DNA of 64,000 nt from contig JAQUQO010000001.1 in assembly GCA_028716045.1 (NCBI GenBank), forward strand, positions 320,942 through 384,941, given 5' to 3'. The notes under the pieces are model-generated. The model did not search any database, was not told the origin of the DNA, and saw only the letters and a list, made by a program, of their open reading frames with translations. The translations under genes and the position numbers were made by a program. Source of the DNA: Patescibacteria group bacterium (GTDB taxonomy: Bacteria; Patescibacteriota; Patescibacteriia; JAQUQO01). Shown here one piece after another: positions 17,707 through 26,863 of this stretch (its first letter is position 1; the number at the start of each line of letters is the position of its first letter).

Positions 17707-18336
17707 TTATCGAGAATAAAACTCAATAATCATTTTAGTATTAATAATTCCCCTTAATTTATCATCTACCGGATCTTTGACAACTTTGGCGGACGCTTCT
17801 TTGTCATCCCAACTTAACCAGTCAGGAATATTTTCCGGTTTAATATTTTTAATTGTCTCGGCAAAGATATTTTTCTTTTTTGAATTTTCTTTTACTTTGA
17901 TAACATCGCCGGTCCTGACGCTGAAAGAAGGTATATCCGCTCTTTTGTTGTTGACGGTAAAATGCGCGTGAGCGACTAATTGTCTGGCGAGGTTGCGCGA
18001 TTTAGCCAGCCCCAAACGATAAATAACATTGTCCAGGCGCGTTTCCAATAAACGAAGCAGATTATCGCCGGTAACGCCTTTAGTCGTGACAGCTTTCTTA
18101 CAATAATTACGAAATTGTCTTTCTAAAAGACCGTACATGCGTTTAGCCTGCTGTTTTTCCCTAAGCTGAATACCATAGCCGGTCAATCTCGGCTGACCTT
18201 TAACTCCATGCATTCCCGGCGGGTAATTACGCTTAATCAGGGGACATTTAGAAGAAGAACACTTGTCTCCTTTTAGAAAAAGTTTTTTCCCTTCTCGGCG
18301 GCATTGTTTGCATTTTTCGTTTAAATTTCTGGCCAT
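17707..18336 (-). CDS. rpsD: 30S ribosomal protein S4
   Basis: N-terminal zinc-ribbon-like CKQCRREGKKLFLKGDKCSSSKCP, followed by an S4 domain. Confidence 0.95.
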   Translation of the reverse strand: MARNLNEKCKQCRREGKKLFLKGDKCSSSKCPLIKRNYPPGMHGVKGQPRLTGYGIQLREKQQAKRMYGLLERQFRNYCKKAVTTKGVTGDNLLRLLETRLDNVIYRLGLAKSRNLARQLVAHAHFTVNNKRADIPSFSVRTGDVIKVKENSKKKNIFAETIKNIKPENIPDWLSWDDKEASAKVVKDPVDDKLRGIINTKMIIEFYSR

Positions 18337-18339
18337 ACT

Positions 18340-18846
18340 TTATACTCTCCTCGCTCTTCTGGGACGGCAACCGTTATGAGGTATCGGAGTTGTATCCTTA
18401 ATTAATAAAAGATTAAAACCATTGGCATTAAGAGCGCGAATAGCCGCTTCTCTTCCGGCGCCGACTCCTTTGACAAAAACATTCAAATCCTTTAAGCCAT
18501 AGGGTCTGACTTTTTCTGAAACACTGGCTACTATGATTCCCGCGGCGTAAGGAGTCGCTTTCTTGGGCCCCCTAAATCCGCAAATGCCAGCGCTGGACCA
18601 ACCCAAAACATTTCCGTTTTGGTCGGTAATCGTGACAATAGTATTATTATATGTTGATTGGATGTAAGCCCTGCCTTGAGTAACTTGCTTAACCGGTTTT
18701 TTTGCTTTCTTCACTTTTTTTTCTTTACCATCTGCTTCCGACTTTTCTTTGGCTACCGGAGCTACCGCAGCGGCGGCAGCGGCTTCAGAAGAAAAAAAAT
18801 CTTTTTCCTCATCAACTTTAATTGTATTTTTAGAAACTTCTTCCAT
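18340..18846 (-). CDS. rpsK: 30S ribosomal protein S11 with a low-complexity N-terminal extension
   Basis: NNTIVTITDQNGNVLGWSSAG...GFRGPKKATPYAAG. An Ala/Lys-rich extension of about 40 aa precedes it. Confidence 0.93.
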   Translation of the reverse strand: MEEVSKNTIKVDEEKDFFSSEAAAAAAVAPVAKEKSEADGKEKKVKKAKKPVKQVTQGRAYIQSTYNNTIVTITDQNGNVLGWSSAGICGFRGPKKATPYAAGIIVASVSEKVRPYGLKDLNVFVKGVGAGREAAIRALNANGFNLLLIKDTTPIPHNGCRPRRARRV

Positions 18847-18856
18847 AAAAAATAAA

Positions 18857-19246
18857 TTATGTTTTCTGGCCAGCCGGTTTTTTACCGCTGCCCATAGTTC
18901 TTCTGGTGTTACCTCTCACGGTTCTGGAATTAGTTTTAGTTCTCTGTCCGCGAACCGGCAAACCTTTATGATGGCGGGAACCGCGGTAAGAGCCAATCTC
19001 TTTCAACCTTTTTATATTACTCATAATATCACGGCGTAATTCTCCTTCAACGCGATATTCTTTTTCTATAATACTGCGTAATTTATTAACTTCATCATCA
19101 GTCAAGTTTTTAACTCGGGTATCCGGATTCACTTTAGTCCTTTTTAAAATATCCCGCGCGTTATTTATACCAATTCCATAAATATAGCTAAGCGCTACTT
19201 CTACTCTTTTATTGATTGGAATGTTGACTCCGGCTATTCTTGCCAT
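18857..19246 (-). CDS. rpsM: 30S ribosomal protein S13
   Basis: [26 protein letters not shown]...[15 protein letters not shown]. Confidence 0.95.
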   Translation of the reverse strand: MARIAGVNIPINKRVEVALSYIYGIGINNARDILKRTKVNPDTRVKNLTDDEVNKLRSIIEKEYRVEGELRRDIMSNIKRLKEIGSYRGSRHHKGLPVRGQRTKTNSRTVRGNTRRTMGSGKKPAGQKT

Positions 19247-19251
19247 ATGGT

Positions 19252-19365
19252 TTATCCTTGTCTTTGTTTATGTTTAGGAATTTTACAAATAACACAAACG
19301 CGCCCCTTGCGGCGGACGATTTTGCAATCTTTACAAATTTTTTTAACAGAAGCGCGAACTTTCAT
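19252..19365 (-). CDS. rpmJ: 50S ribosomal protein L36 (37 aa, below the ORF-track cutoff)
   Basis: Reverse-strand translation [37 protein letters not shown]. Canonical position between infA and rpsM. Confidence 0.9.
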   Translation of the reverse strand: MKVRASVKKICKDCKIVRRKGRVCVICKIPKHKQRQG

Positions 19366-19367
19366 AA

Positions 19368-19592
19368 TTAAAATCTATAAGTAATTCGTCCCTTAGTTAA
19401 ATCATACGGCGTCATTTCCACTCTTACTTTATCACCCATCAACAGCCTGATTTTATTCATTCTCATTTTTCCGGAAAGATGCCCTAAAATTTCATGGCCG
19501 TTATCCAATTTAACTTTAAAGGAAGCGGCAGGTAATAATTCTATTACCTCCCCCTCCATTTCTAACAAATCTTGATTATTTTTTGAAACCAT
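19368..19592 (-). CDS. infA: translation initiation factor IF-1
   Basis: [62 protein letters not shown]. Confidence 0.95.
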   Translation of the reverse strand: MVSKNNQDLLEMEGEVIELLPAASFKVKLDNGHEILGHLSGKMRMNKIRLLMGDKVRVEMTPYDLTKGRITYRF

Positions 19593-19628
19593 TTTTAAGT
19601 AAAAAAAATAGGGCTATCTTTTTATCAG

Positions 19629-19637
19629 TTATCCACA
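19629..19637 (+). promoter_or_regulatory. perfect DnaA-box consensus TTATCCACA
   Basis: Exact 9-mer, about 40 nt upstream of infA, between the operon promoters and the start codon. Confidence 0.35.
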
Positions 19638-19656
19638 GTTATGCGGATTTATTCTA

Positions 19657-19735
19657 ATCTTACAGTAATTTTGGAATACCGTCAAGATATTTAGCCCGCT
19701 TTTTAAAAGTAAGCTTATTATATATTTTTCTCTAA
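19657..19735 (-). promoter_or_regulatory. two tandem sigma70 promoters for the infA-rpmJ-rpsM...rpsI operon
   Basis: P1 is TTGACA-17-TATAAT (19707-19735, minus). P2 is TTGACG-17-TAAGAT (19657-19685, minus). Confidence 0.5.
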
Positions 19736-19778
19736 TTAGTGTCAAGGGCGAATTTTACGGCTAAAATTAGCTAAAAAA

Positions 19779-21638
19779 TTATTCTAAGATTGCTTTTATC
19801 CTGCGGATTCCGGCGCTGGAGGCCTCTTCTTTGATAATCTTAAAATGTCCAAGTTCACCGGTGTTACTGACGTGCGGACCGCCGCAAATTTCCCGACTAA
19901 AAGGGGGTTCCGAACAAACAGAGGAATTATCCCCCACAGTATAGACTTTCACCTTGTCTCCATATTTATATTCAAACAAACCAATGGCGCCCTCCTTCTT
20001 TGCTTCTTCAACTGTTTTAATATCACAATTAATCGGCAGTTTCTTTTTTATCTGTTCGTTAACTAAATTTTCCACTTCCATAATTTCCTGCGGAGTCATT
20101 TTTTGCGGATGGACAAAATCAAATCTCAAACGTTCCTCGGTGATATTACTGCCGCGCTGTTCCACGTGGTCGCCCAAAACTTGACGCAGGGCGGCATGTA
20201 AAAGATGTGTGGCGGTGTGAAGTTTTTTAACTTGCTCCGACGCATCTGCCAACCCGCCCTTAAATTGCCCGACGGAAGCCGTGCGGGAAAGTTCTTGGTG
20301 CTTTTTAAATTCTTCGTTAAATTCCGCTTCCTCAATCTTTAACCCCTTTTCTCTAGCTAATTCTTTTGTAAGTTCCAGGGGAAAACCGTAAGTAGAAAAA
20401 AGATTAAAAGCATCCTTGCCGGAAATTTTTTCTAATTTTTTGAATTCTTTCAATCCCTTTTCTAAGGTTTTAGCAAATTTCTCCTCTTCCTTTTGCAATT
20501 CATGCAAAATCCTTTTTTTATTTTTTTCTAATTCCGAATAGATGTCTTTCATTTGGTTTATTACCACCTCAGCGACTTTAGAAGTAAAAAATTCTTCAAT
20601 GCCAATCTGTTTACCATAACGCACAGTGCGTCGAATCAAACGACGTAATACATACCCTTGCCCAAGATTTGATGGTTCAATACCTCGTTCATCACTAAGA
20701 AGAAATGTCGCAGCACGAACGTGATCAGCGACGATACGAAACGATCTTACAATCTCTGTGGAATTATGAACACCATCATTTCCCCAAACTAAAGGTTGTG
20801 TTTTACTCTTTGATTTTACAATTGCATTATGATTATCGTAATCTACACCAGAAAGACGCCTTATTTCATTAAAGATCTCCTTAAATTCATCTATCTCGTA
20901 AACACTTTTTTTATCGTTCAAAATCGCCACGGTTCGTTCCAGCCCCATTCCCGTATCAATATTTTTCTGTTTTAATTCTTCATATTTACCGTCTGCAGTT
21001 TTATTGTACTGCATAAAAACATCGTTCCAAATTTCTACCCAATCATTTGGATTTTCTCCGGGATTGCCGTGCGGCTCGCCTTCTCCAACCCAATAAAACA
21101 TTTCCGTATCAGGACCGCACGGACCGGTTTTTCCCGCCGGCCCCCACCAATTGTCCTTTTTGCCCAATCTAGCTATCCGCTCTTCGGATAAGCCCAAACT
21201 TTTCCAAATATCATAGGCCTCTTTATCAAAAACCACATCTTCATCGCCAACAAACACGGAAACGGCGATTTTATCTTTATCCAACCCTAACCATTTCTTT
21301 GCGGTCAAAAATTCCCAAGACATTTCTATCGCTTCTTTTTTAAAATAGTCGCCGAGAGACCAATTGCCAAGCATCTCAAAAAAAGTCAGATGCCAATCAT
21401 CGCCTACTTCGTCAATATCGCCAGTGCGAACACATTTTTGAACATTAACCAATCGTTTACCGGCCGGATGTTCTTCACCAAGTAAAAACGGCACCAACGG
21501 GTGCATACCGGCAGTGGTAAAAAGCACTGTCGGGTCATTTTCCGGAATTAAAGAAGCCGAAGGGATAACTTTATGCCCCTTTTCTTCAAAAAATTTCAGA
21601 TATTTTTTGCGTAGTTCGTCGGTAGTCATAATACTCAA
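19779..21638 (-). CDS. alaS: alanine--tRNA ligase, short form (catalytic, tRNA-recognition and editing domains; C-Ala domain absent)
   Basis: N-terminal FTTAGMHPLVPFLLG...KRLVNVQKCVRTGDIDEVG...HLTFFEMLGNWS. Editing-site HTATHLLH and CGGPHV. 619 aa instead of about 870. Its own TTGCCT-17-TACAAT promoter lies immediately upstream. Confidence 0.9.
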   Translation of the reverse strand: MSIMTTDELRKKYLKFFEEKGHKVIPSASLIPENDPTVLFTTAGMHPLVPFLLGEEHPAGKRLVNVQKCVRTGDIDEVGDDWHLTFFEMLGNWSLGDYFKKEAIEMSWEFLTAKKWLGLDKDKIAVSVFVGDEDVVFDKEAYDIWKSLGLSEERIARLGKKDNWWGPAGKTGPCGPDTEMFYWVGEGEPHGNPGENPNDWVEIWNDVFMQYNKTADGKYEELKQKNIDTGMGLERTVAILNDKKSVYEIDEFKEIFNEIRRLSGVDYDNHNAIVKSKSKTQPLVWGNDGVHNSTEIVRSFRIVADHVRAATFLLSDERGIEPSNLGQGYVLRRLIRRTVRYGKQIGIEEFFTSKVAEVVINQMKDIYSELEKNKKRILHELQKEEEKFAKTLEKGLKEFKKLEKISGKDAFNLFSTYGFPLELTKELAREKGLKIEEAEFNEEFKKHQELSRTASVGQFKGGLADASEQVKKLHTATHLLHAALRQVLGDHVEQRGSNITEERLRFDFVHPQKMTPQEIMEVENLVNEQIKKKLPINCDIKTVEEAKKEGAIGLFEYKYGDKVKVYTVGDNSSVCSEPPFSREICGGPHVSNTGELGHFKIIKEEASSAGIRRIKAILE

Positions 21639-21715
21639 ATTGTACTATAAAAACCTATTTAAGGCAAGAAAAACTGCTGTTTTATAGTGATTTTTCCGAC
21701 TTTTTAGGTCGCCTA

Positions 21716-21744
21716 TTGACAGATTTTTAAGGATATGCTAAAGT
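21716..21744 (+). promoter_or_regulatory. sigma70 promoter TTGACA-17-TAAAGT with TGn, divergent from alaS
   Basis: TTGACA at 21716-21721, 17-nt spacer, tgcTAAAGT. Confidence 0.45.
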
Positions 21745-21749
21745 AACAC

Positions 21750-21949
21750 CACAAGATATTATTTTGTTCGTGCCTGTTGTGGTCCCCAGCGCTGTGGTCA
21801 TTTTATAAAGCACGCTATTATTTAATGGCCGTTATAAGTGCTGCATAACCTATTACAGGCTTTGTGGGGGAACCCTTGCCCGCTACCTAGGTATCCTTCG
21901 CTATCGTGCAATGCGGAGAGACAAACTAGAGCGGGCTTTTTATTTTTTT
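21750..21949 (+). ncRNA. candidate small RNA of about 200 nt, identity unknown (possibly 6S-like)
   Basis: No ORF on either strand. Promoter upstream. Internal stems include ACCACAA/TTGTGGT and GCCCGCT...AGCGGGC, followed by TTTTTATTTTTTT. GC-richer than the flanks. Confidence 0.42.
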
Positions 21950-22007
21950 AAAAAAACCAGAAGTAATTTCTCCTGGTTTTTTCTTGGTATTTTTCTGCTT
22001 ATTCCTC

Positions 22008-22172
22008 TTAATTCTTTACTCCGCGCTTAAACTCCTTGTACTTTTCTAACACTGCCTGGTCAAATCTTTTATCAGCTTCTTCGCATTGAGTTGCGAGCTT
22101 TTGACTTTGAGGAACTGGTAAAAAAGTACTTTTCAGGGGTTTCCTTAATTCTTCAAACTTCTTTTTATCCAT
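22008..22172 (-). CDS. small hypothetical protein (54 aa), below the ORF-track cutoff
   Basis: MDKKKFEELRKPLKSTFLPVPQSQKLATQCEEADKRFDQAVLEKYKEFKRGVKN. SD AGGAGGG lies 9 nt upstream. Confidence 0.35.
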   Translation of the reverse strand: MDKKKFEELRKPLKSTFLPVPQSQKLATQCEEADKRFDQAVLEKYKEFKRGVKN

Positions 22173-22287
22173 AATTCTACCCTCCTTCCTTATGTATAGT
22201 ATACCATTTGTAAATTTATAAGCAAATTTTGTCCTTCTGAGTAAGACATGGCATTCACGAACGCCATGTTAAGAAAAAACCACCGTT

Positions 22288-22569
22288 TTACGGTGGTCTA
22301 TTGGCTCGGTATCTTTCTCTAATTCTTCTCCGCCTTTCTCTTAGATATTCCTCATATCTTATTCTAATTTCGTCAATAAACGGTTTTAGTAATAGTTTAA
22401 AGGGAAATACAAGTAGAAAAGCTAGGCCCGCAAAAACTCCAGGCAAGGGACTTTTAATGCCCAAGTACTGGCAACCTTTTGAAAGGGCTATCAACATAAA
22501 TACAATCGCGACGATCAAAACGGCGATTCTGTTATCAGCGGCAGTATTAGCCAATTGTAAATGTTCCAA
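22288..22569 (-). CDS. small protein with one TM helix and an Arg-rich C-terminal tail, hypothetical
   Basis: TTG start with AGGAGG 7 nt upstream. A hydrophobic core is followed by RERRRRIRERYRANRPP. Confidence 0.45.
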   Translation of the reverse strand: MEHLQLANTAADNRIAVLIVAIVFMLIALSKGCQYLGIKSPLPGVFAGLAFLLVFPFKLLLKPFIDEIRIRYEEYLRERRRRIRERYRANRPP

Positions 22570-22649
22570 TTTTAAACCTCCTGTAAAATTAATAGTTCAA
22601 TTTATTATAACAAACGTTGACGGTTTTGTCAATGCCATTCATAAAAGGA

Positions 22650-22675
22650 CCCCTCAATGATTTTTCATTGAGGGG
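22650..22675 (-). terminator. intrinsic terminator (perfect 11-bp stem)
   Basis: CCCCTCAATGA ttt TCATTGAGGGG. On the minus strand it is followed by TCCTTTTAT. Confidence 0.5.
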
Positions 22676-22776
22676 TTTACCCCATGCAGAGGCAACAAAG
22701 CCGATACGCTGTATTCTGGAGCTTGGCTATCGGTGAATTAAGTATAACATTACTACAAAGATAACCGTCGGTGATA

Positions 22777-22935
22777 TTATTTTTCCCTTTTTTCGATTTC
22801 TAACCAGTACCGCTTGCTACTCTTCTTATGAATTCCGGTTGTTTCTTTTTCTGCTCTGATCGCCTGTTTTCGAGCCCATTTTTCAACTTCTTCAGAAGTA
22901 CGAGTATGGCTTAGCTTTTCATTTCTTCGACTCAT
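22777..22935 (-). CDS. small basic hypothetical protein (52 aa)
   Basis: MSRRNEKLSHTRTSEEVEKWARKQAIRAEKETTGIHKKSSKRYWLEIEKREK. SD GAAGGAG upstream. Not in the ORF track. Confidence 0.3.
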   Translation of the reverse strand: MSRRNEKLSHTRTSEEVEKWARKQAIRAEKETTGIHKKSSKRYWLEIEKREK

Positions 22936-23023
22936 TGTTGCTCCTTCTCAGTCTTTTCATCCAATTTTGGGCAGGAAAAATGCCCGTTATCGGGTGGTTA
23001 ATAATTTATGAACGAACTCTTAT

Positions 23024-23383
23024 TTACGTACACCAATCTGGAAATCTCCCTTCATGGTTGTGAGCTTCATAGTAGCTAACTGCCTTGAGTACTGCCTCCC
23101 TTTCTTGTTTTGGCAGGGCGATAAGGCGGTCAAAAAGCTCGGTCCTTTCTTTTATCCCCCCTTTTGTAAATCTTAGTTTAGATTTACAGAAAAATTCCTT
23201 TAAGTCAACCCTTTTTTCATTTTTTATCATTATAGCATATCCTTCATAATTTGTCAAGTATTTCAAGGAGTTAAGCCGCTTTTCTTTCATTTTTAGCCAA
23301 AAATCAGCTGATATTAAAAATAAAAAAGCCCGCTGTTCTCGAACTGAGATTTCAACGGGCTTTATTGTATTCAACTTAATCAT
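23024..23383 (-). CDS. hypothetical protein (119 aa)
   Basis: Intact ORF with no recognisable motif. The RBS is weak. Confidence 0.4.
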   Translation of the reverse strand: MIKLNTIKPVEISVREQRAFLFLISADFWLKMKEKRLNSLKYLTNYEGYAIMIKNEKRVDLKEFFCKSKLRFTKGGIKERTELFDRLIALPKQEREAVLKAVSYYEAHNHEGRFPDWCT

Positions 23384-23500
23384 TCTGCTGGACTGAATTT
23401 TCTTGAATTCCCAGCCCAGCCGCTATTTGCGGGGTGGGTATTTCATTTATTTTGGTCGCACAACCTCCTTTTTGCGACCTGTATGTGCAAGAGCCAGTAT

Positions 23501-24604
23501 TTATTGACTTTTTATCACTCCCCCGCCCAAACATTCGCCATTTTTATAAATCACCAGCGACTGGCCGGGAGTTAAAGCTCTTTGCGGACGAGCGAATATA
23601 ACTTTAAAATCTTTTTTATCTTTTTTTAAAATCGCTTTCTCTAATCTTTGCCTATGCCTTGCTCGAGTTAATACTGACAATGGAATTTTAGGCATCGCGC
23701 CACTTATCCAATGCATTTCCTTTATTCTTGCTTGGCGGCTAAAAAGCAAAGTGTCCTTGGGATTACTGGTCACAATCAACTTTTTTGATTTAAAATTTTT
23801 ACTTACCACAAAATATGGTCCACTGCCACCGATATTCAATCCCGCGCGCTGTCCGATGGTAAAATATTCTAAACCGTCGTGTTTGCCTAAAACCTTACCC
23901 TTAATGTCAACGATATCACCGCGAGTAAATTTTAAATACTTTTTCAAAAATTCCCGCATATTTACTTCACCGACAAAACAAATACCCACGCTGTCTTTTT
24001 TCTCCGCGGTAATAAACCCATAGCATCTTGCGATATTACGCACTTCCGGTTTGGTTAAATTCCCCAGCGGAAACAATGTCTTGCTTAAAATCTTTTGATT
24101 AAGAATGTGAATAAAATATGTTTGGTCTTTTTCTTTATCTTTGGGAATCATTAGGCGATACTGCAGCTCATTTACCATTTGCTGTTTGCCGACTTTAGCA
24201 TAATGACCGGTGGCAATTAAATCCGCTCCATCTTTTATCGCTTTTTTTAAAAATAATTTAAACTTCACTTCCTTATTGCACATTATATCCGGATTGGGCG
24301 TTCGGCCATGTTTATATTCCCGAATAAGATACTTCAAAACCTTTTTTCTATACTCCCTCTCAAAATCGTAGGTCTTAAACGGTATGCCAAGTTTGGCCGC
24401 CACGCGCATCGCGTCCTGCCTCTCCGCCACCCAATTACATTCTCCACCTAATTTTTTAGTGTTGGACCAATTTTTCATAAAAACGCCGGTGACGTCATAA
24501 CCTTGTTTTTTTAGCAATAACGCCGCCACCGAGGAATCCACCCCGCCAGATAAGCCGACGAAAACCTTTTTTCCTTTATTCGATTTGGATAATTTGGTAA
24601 CCAT
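23501..24604 (-). CDS. mnmA: tRNA-specific 2-thiouridylase MnmA
   Basis: PP-loop VFVGLSGGVDSSVAALLL. The start is taken at the internal Met (MVTKLS...) so the overlap with the upstream gene is only 28 nt. Confidence 0.9.
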   Translation of the reverse strand: MVTKLSKSNKGKKVFVGLSGGVDSSVAALLLKKQGYDVTGVFMKNWSNTKKLGGECNWVAERQDAMRVAAKLGIPFKTYDFEREYRKKVLKYLIREYKHGRTPNPDIMCNKEVKFKLFLKKAIKDGADLIATGHYAKVGKQQMVNELQYRLMIPKDKEKDQTYFIHILNQKILSKTLFPLGNLTKPEVRNIARCYGFITAEKKDSVGICFVGEVNMREFLKKYLKFTRGDIVDIKGKVLGKHDGLEYFTIGQRAGLNIGGSGPYFVVSKNFKSKKLIVTSNPKDTLLFSRQARIKEMHWISGAMPKIPLSVLTRARHRQRLEKAILKKDKKDFKVIFARPQRALTPGQSLVIYKNGECLGGGVIKSQ

Positions 24605-24836
24605 ATTTATCAACGTCCTCTTTGCTCCAAAAATTAACATCCTTAGTTCTTAAAACACAAGAAACTTTTTTCTTGATTTCTCTGCCGGTATATTCCCTTG
24701 TTTCCGGATTCCATTCACGAAGCAAAAGTTCGTCACCTTCATTAACCGTAAAATCGCCTAAACGAAGTTCAAATTTTTTACTGCCACTTACTACGTCTTC
24801 AAAATATCTCGGCCAAATCTTTTTTTCTATAACCAT
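24576..24836 (-). CDS. DUF3850 / ASCH-like small protein
   Basis: KIWPRYFEDVVSGSKKFELRLGDFTVNEGDELLLREW...YTGREI matches the DUF3850 pattern. Confidence 0.65.
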   Translation of the reverse strand: MVIEKKIWPRYFEDVVSGSKKFELRLGDFTVNEGDELLLREWNPETREYTGREIKKKVSCVLRTKDVNFWSKEDVDKYGYQIIQIE

Positions 24837-24840
24837 AATT

Positions 24841-25158
24841 TTATATCAGCAAGATAGCCATCACCAAAATCAATACCAGCAAAAACATCCAAATCATGGT
24901 ATGGCCCAAATAAATAAATCCTTCCTTAACATCTTTTTTAAAAAATAAATACGCCGGAATGCCAAAAACCAGCACTCCGCACACAGAAACAGAAAAAACC
25001 AAGAGTCCTAATACCAAAACAATGTTAAGAATGGAATCGCCGGCAACATTTTTGCCCATCCAATTCATAAAAAAAGCCATTAACGCACAATATAAAAGGG
25101 TTACAATAGCCGAAAGTAACCCGCCCCACATGGGTTTTTGAACCAGTTTTGTGCACAT
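24841..25158 (-). CDS. small integral membrane protein (3 TM), hypothetical
   Basis: Hydrophobic profile only. Confidence 0.45.
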   Translation of the reverse strand: MCTKLVQKPMWGGLLSAIVTLLYCALMAFFMNWMGKNVAGDSILNIVLVLGLLVFSVSVCGVLVFGIPAYLFFKKDVKEGFIYLGHTMIWMFLLVLILVMAILLI

Positions 25159-25228
25159 AATTTTATTATTATTTATAATTTATCCCTCGCTTTTTTAAAA
25201 ACGAAGGGTAGAAATATCTTAAATAATC

Positions 25229-26863
25229 TTATTGTTCACGCCGGTGACGCAGAGAATTCAGCGAAATTTCCTCTGCGTTATCATCAACTTTTAATATCGG
25301 CTCCACTTTGTAGGTTTTTTGGGCCGGTAAGGGTTTTTTGTCTTCGCGTTCCAAAGACGCCAGTTGTTCCCTTAATAATTGAGTTTTATCCCGCCGACTT
25401 CTGGCTTTAGCTAAACATTCCCGGCAATAAACCGGACGCACGCCGTCGGGCTTGAAATTTACCATTATCTCCGCCCCACATTCGGCACATTTTGCTGGAT
25501 ATTGGACAATGTCTTTTTTCTCTATTCTTCCGCCCTCTCCTCCTTCGCCCTCCTTTTCTCTTCTGATATTTTCTTTCGCTTCTTCACTAATACTCCAACG
25601 CATAATTTTTTCTTCCACTACCGACCGCGGTTTGGTATAACGTTCTCTGGAAACTTTAATAATCTTTTCCCTATTCTCCTGGCGCTTGGCAATCGGCGGC
25701 AAGGTGGTGGCGGAAAAAGGCATGGTAGCCACGCCGTCAACCATCAGTTTTAGATAAACATCGTATTTTGTCAGGTTAACCAAATCCTGTTCGGTGAATT
25801 GTGGAGCGAACTCTTTTTCCAAGACCTCGGCATCGGCGGCGCCGACGCGAAAACAGACCAGCGTGCCGACGTTGCCAAAAACCGCGGCCTGAACCTTTTC
25901 ATCAAGCTGTTCAATATACTGATGACCGACTATTAAATTCAAATGATATTTGCGGGCTTCCGACAGAACATTGGCGAAAGATTCGGTGGAAAAATTCTGG
26001 AACTCGTCAATATAAAGATAAAAATCCGGCCGGTCCTCTTCCGGCATATCAATTCTTTCCATGGCCGCCAACTGAATTTTGGTAATCATCATCGCGCCGA
26101 GCAAAGAAGAATTATCCTCACCCATTCTGCCCTTGGAAACATTCAAAATTAAAATTTTCCGGTTATCCATAATATCGCGGATGTCAATGGTGGATTTCAC
26201 CTGGCCGACGACATTGCGAATCAAAGGGCTAGATAAAAACTGCCCGACCTTATTTTGAATCGGAGAAATAACTTCCTGTAAAACCCTTTCATTCCATTTG
26301 GAATACTCATCAACCCAAAAAGACCTGACCACGGGGTCGGTAATATTATTGATGACTTTTTTGCGGAAAGATTTGTCGGTTAAAATTCTCATTACGCCGA
26401 GCAAAGTGCTTCCCGGATAATCCAGCAATGCCAAAATGGCATTTCTCAAAATATACTCCAAGCGTGGTCCCCAGGAATCAGCCCAAATCTTTTTGAAAAT
26501 TCCGATAAGCCCCGAAGCGATTAAATGCTGTTGGGCCACGTCAACTTTCTCCAAAACATTAAAAGCAATCGGATATTCCATATCCGCCGGATTGAAATAA
26601 ATCACATCGTTTATCCTGGTGGGCGGAATAAAATCCAAAATTTTTTCGGCCATATCACCATGCGGGTCAACAACCGCCACGCCTTGGCCACTCATTATGT
26701 CCTGCACCACCATATTTTCAATTAAAGTCGTTTTGCCCATGCCGGTTTTACCAATTACATACATATGCCGTCGGCGGTCGTCGGTTCTTATGCCAAATCT
26801 GACCTTTTTATTGCGAAAATTAGTTGTGGCAAAAAAATTTATCTTTTCGGCCATATTATTCAA
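25229..26863 (-). CDS. TraD/VirD4 (T4CP)-like FtsK-HerA superfamily P-loop ATPase, lacking a TM domain, with a C-terminal CxxC-N17-CxxC zinc ribbon
   Basis: Walker A VIGKTGMGKTT; VVDPHGD (cf. DPKGD of TrwB/TraD); Walker B FYLYIDEFQNF; RKYHLNLIVGHQYIEQL; C-terminus CAECGAEIMVNFKPDGVRPVYCRECL. The start overlaps the upstream gene's stop by 8 nt. Confidence 0.7.
   Translation of the reverse strand: MNNMAEKINFFATTNFRNKKVRFGIRTDDRRRHMYVIGKTGMGKTTLIENMVVQDIMSGQGVAVVDPHGDMAEKILDFIPPTRINDVIYFNPADMEYPIAFNVLEKVDVAQQHLIASGLIGIFKKIWADSWGPRLEYILRNAILALLDYPGSTLLGVMRILTDKSFRKKVINNITDPVVRSFWVDEYSKWNERVLQEVISPIQNKVGQFLSSPLIRNVVGQVKSTIDIRDIMDNRKILILNVSKGRMGEDNSSLLGAMMITKIQLAAMERIDMPEEDRPDFYLYIDEFQNFSTESFANVLSEARKYHLNLIVGHQYIEQLDEKVQAAVFGNVGTLVCFRVGAADAEVLEKEFAPQFTEQDLVNLTKYDVYLKLMVDGVATMPFSATTLPPIAKRQENREKIIKVSRERYTKPRSVVEEKIMRWSISEEAKENIRREKEGEGGEGGRIEKKDIVQYPAKCAECGAEIMVNFKPDGVRPVYCRECLAKARSRRDKTQLLREQLASLEREDKKPLPAQKTYKVEPILKVDDNAEEISLNSLRHRREQ

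Noticed and set aside
21640-21960. T-box leader for alaS
   Set aside because: alaS has its own TTGCCT-17-TACAAT promoter about 10 nt from its start. No T-box consensus (GGGTGGNACCGCG) is present on the alaS strand. The promoter and terminator of the segment are on the opposite strand.
22660-22780. tRNA genes in GC-rich intergenic spots (also 35175-35383 and 45157-45443)
   Set aside because: No GGTTCGAnTCC T-loop and no acceptor stem / CCA architecture in either orientation. The hairpins are better explained as terminators or the repeat element.
23384-23500. 7-codon uORF (MKYPPRK) with AAGGAGG upstream of the 119-aa gene
   Set aside because: The SD-to-ATG spacing is 17 nt, too long for function. 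It was noted only as a GC-rich hairpin region.
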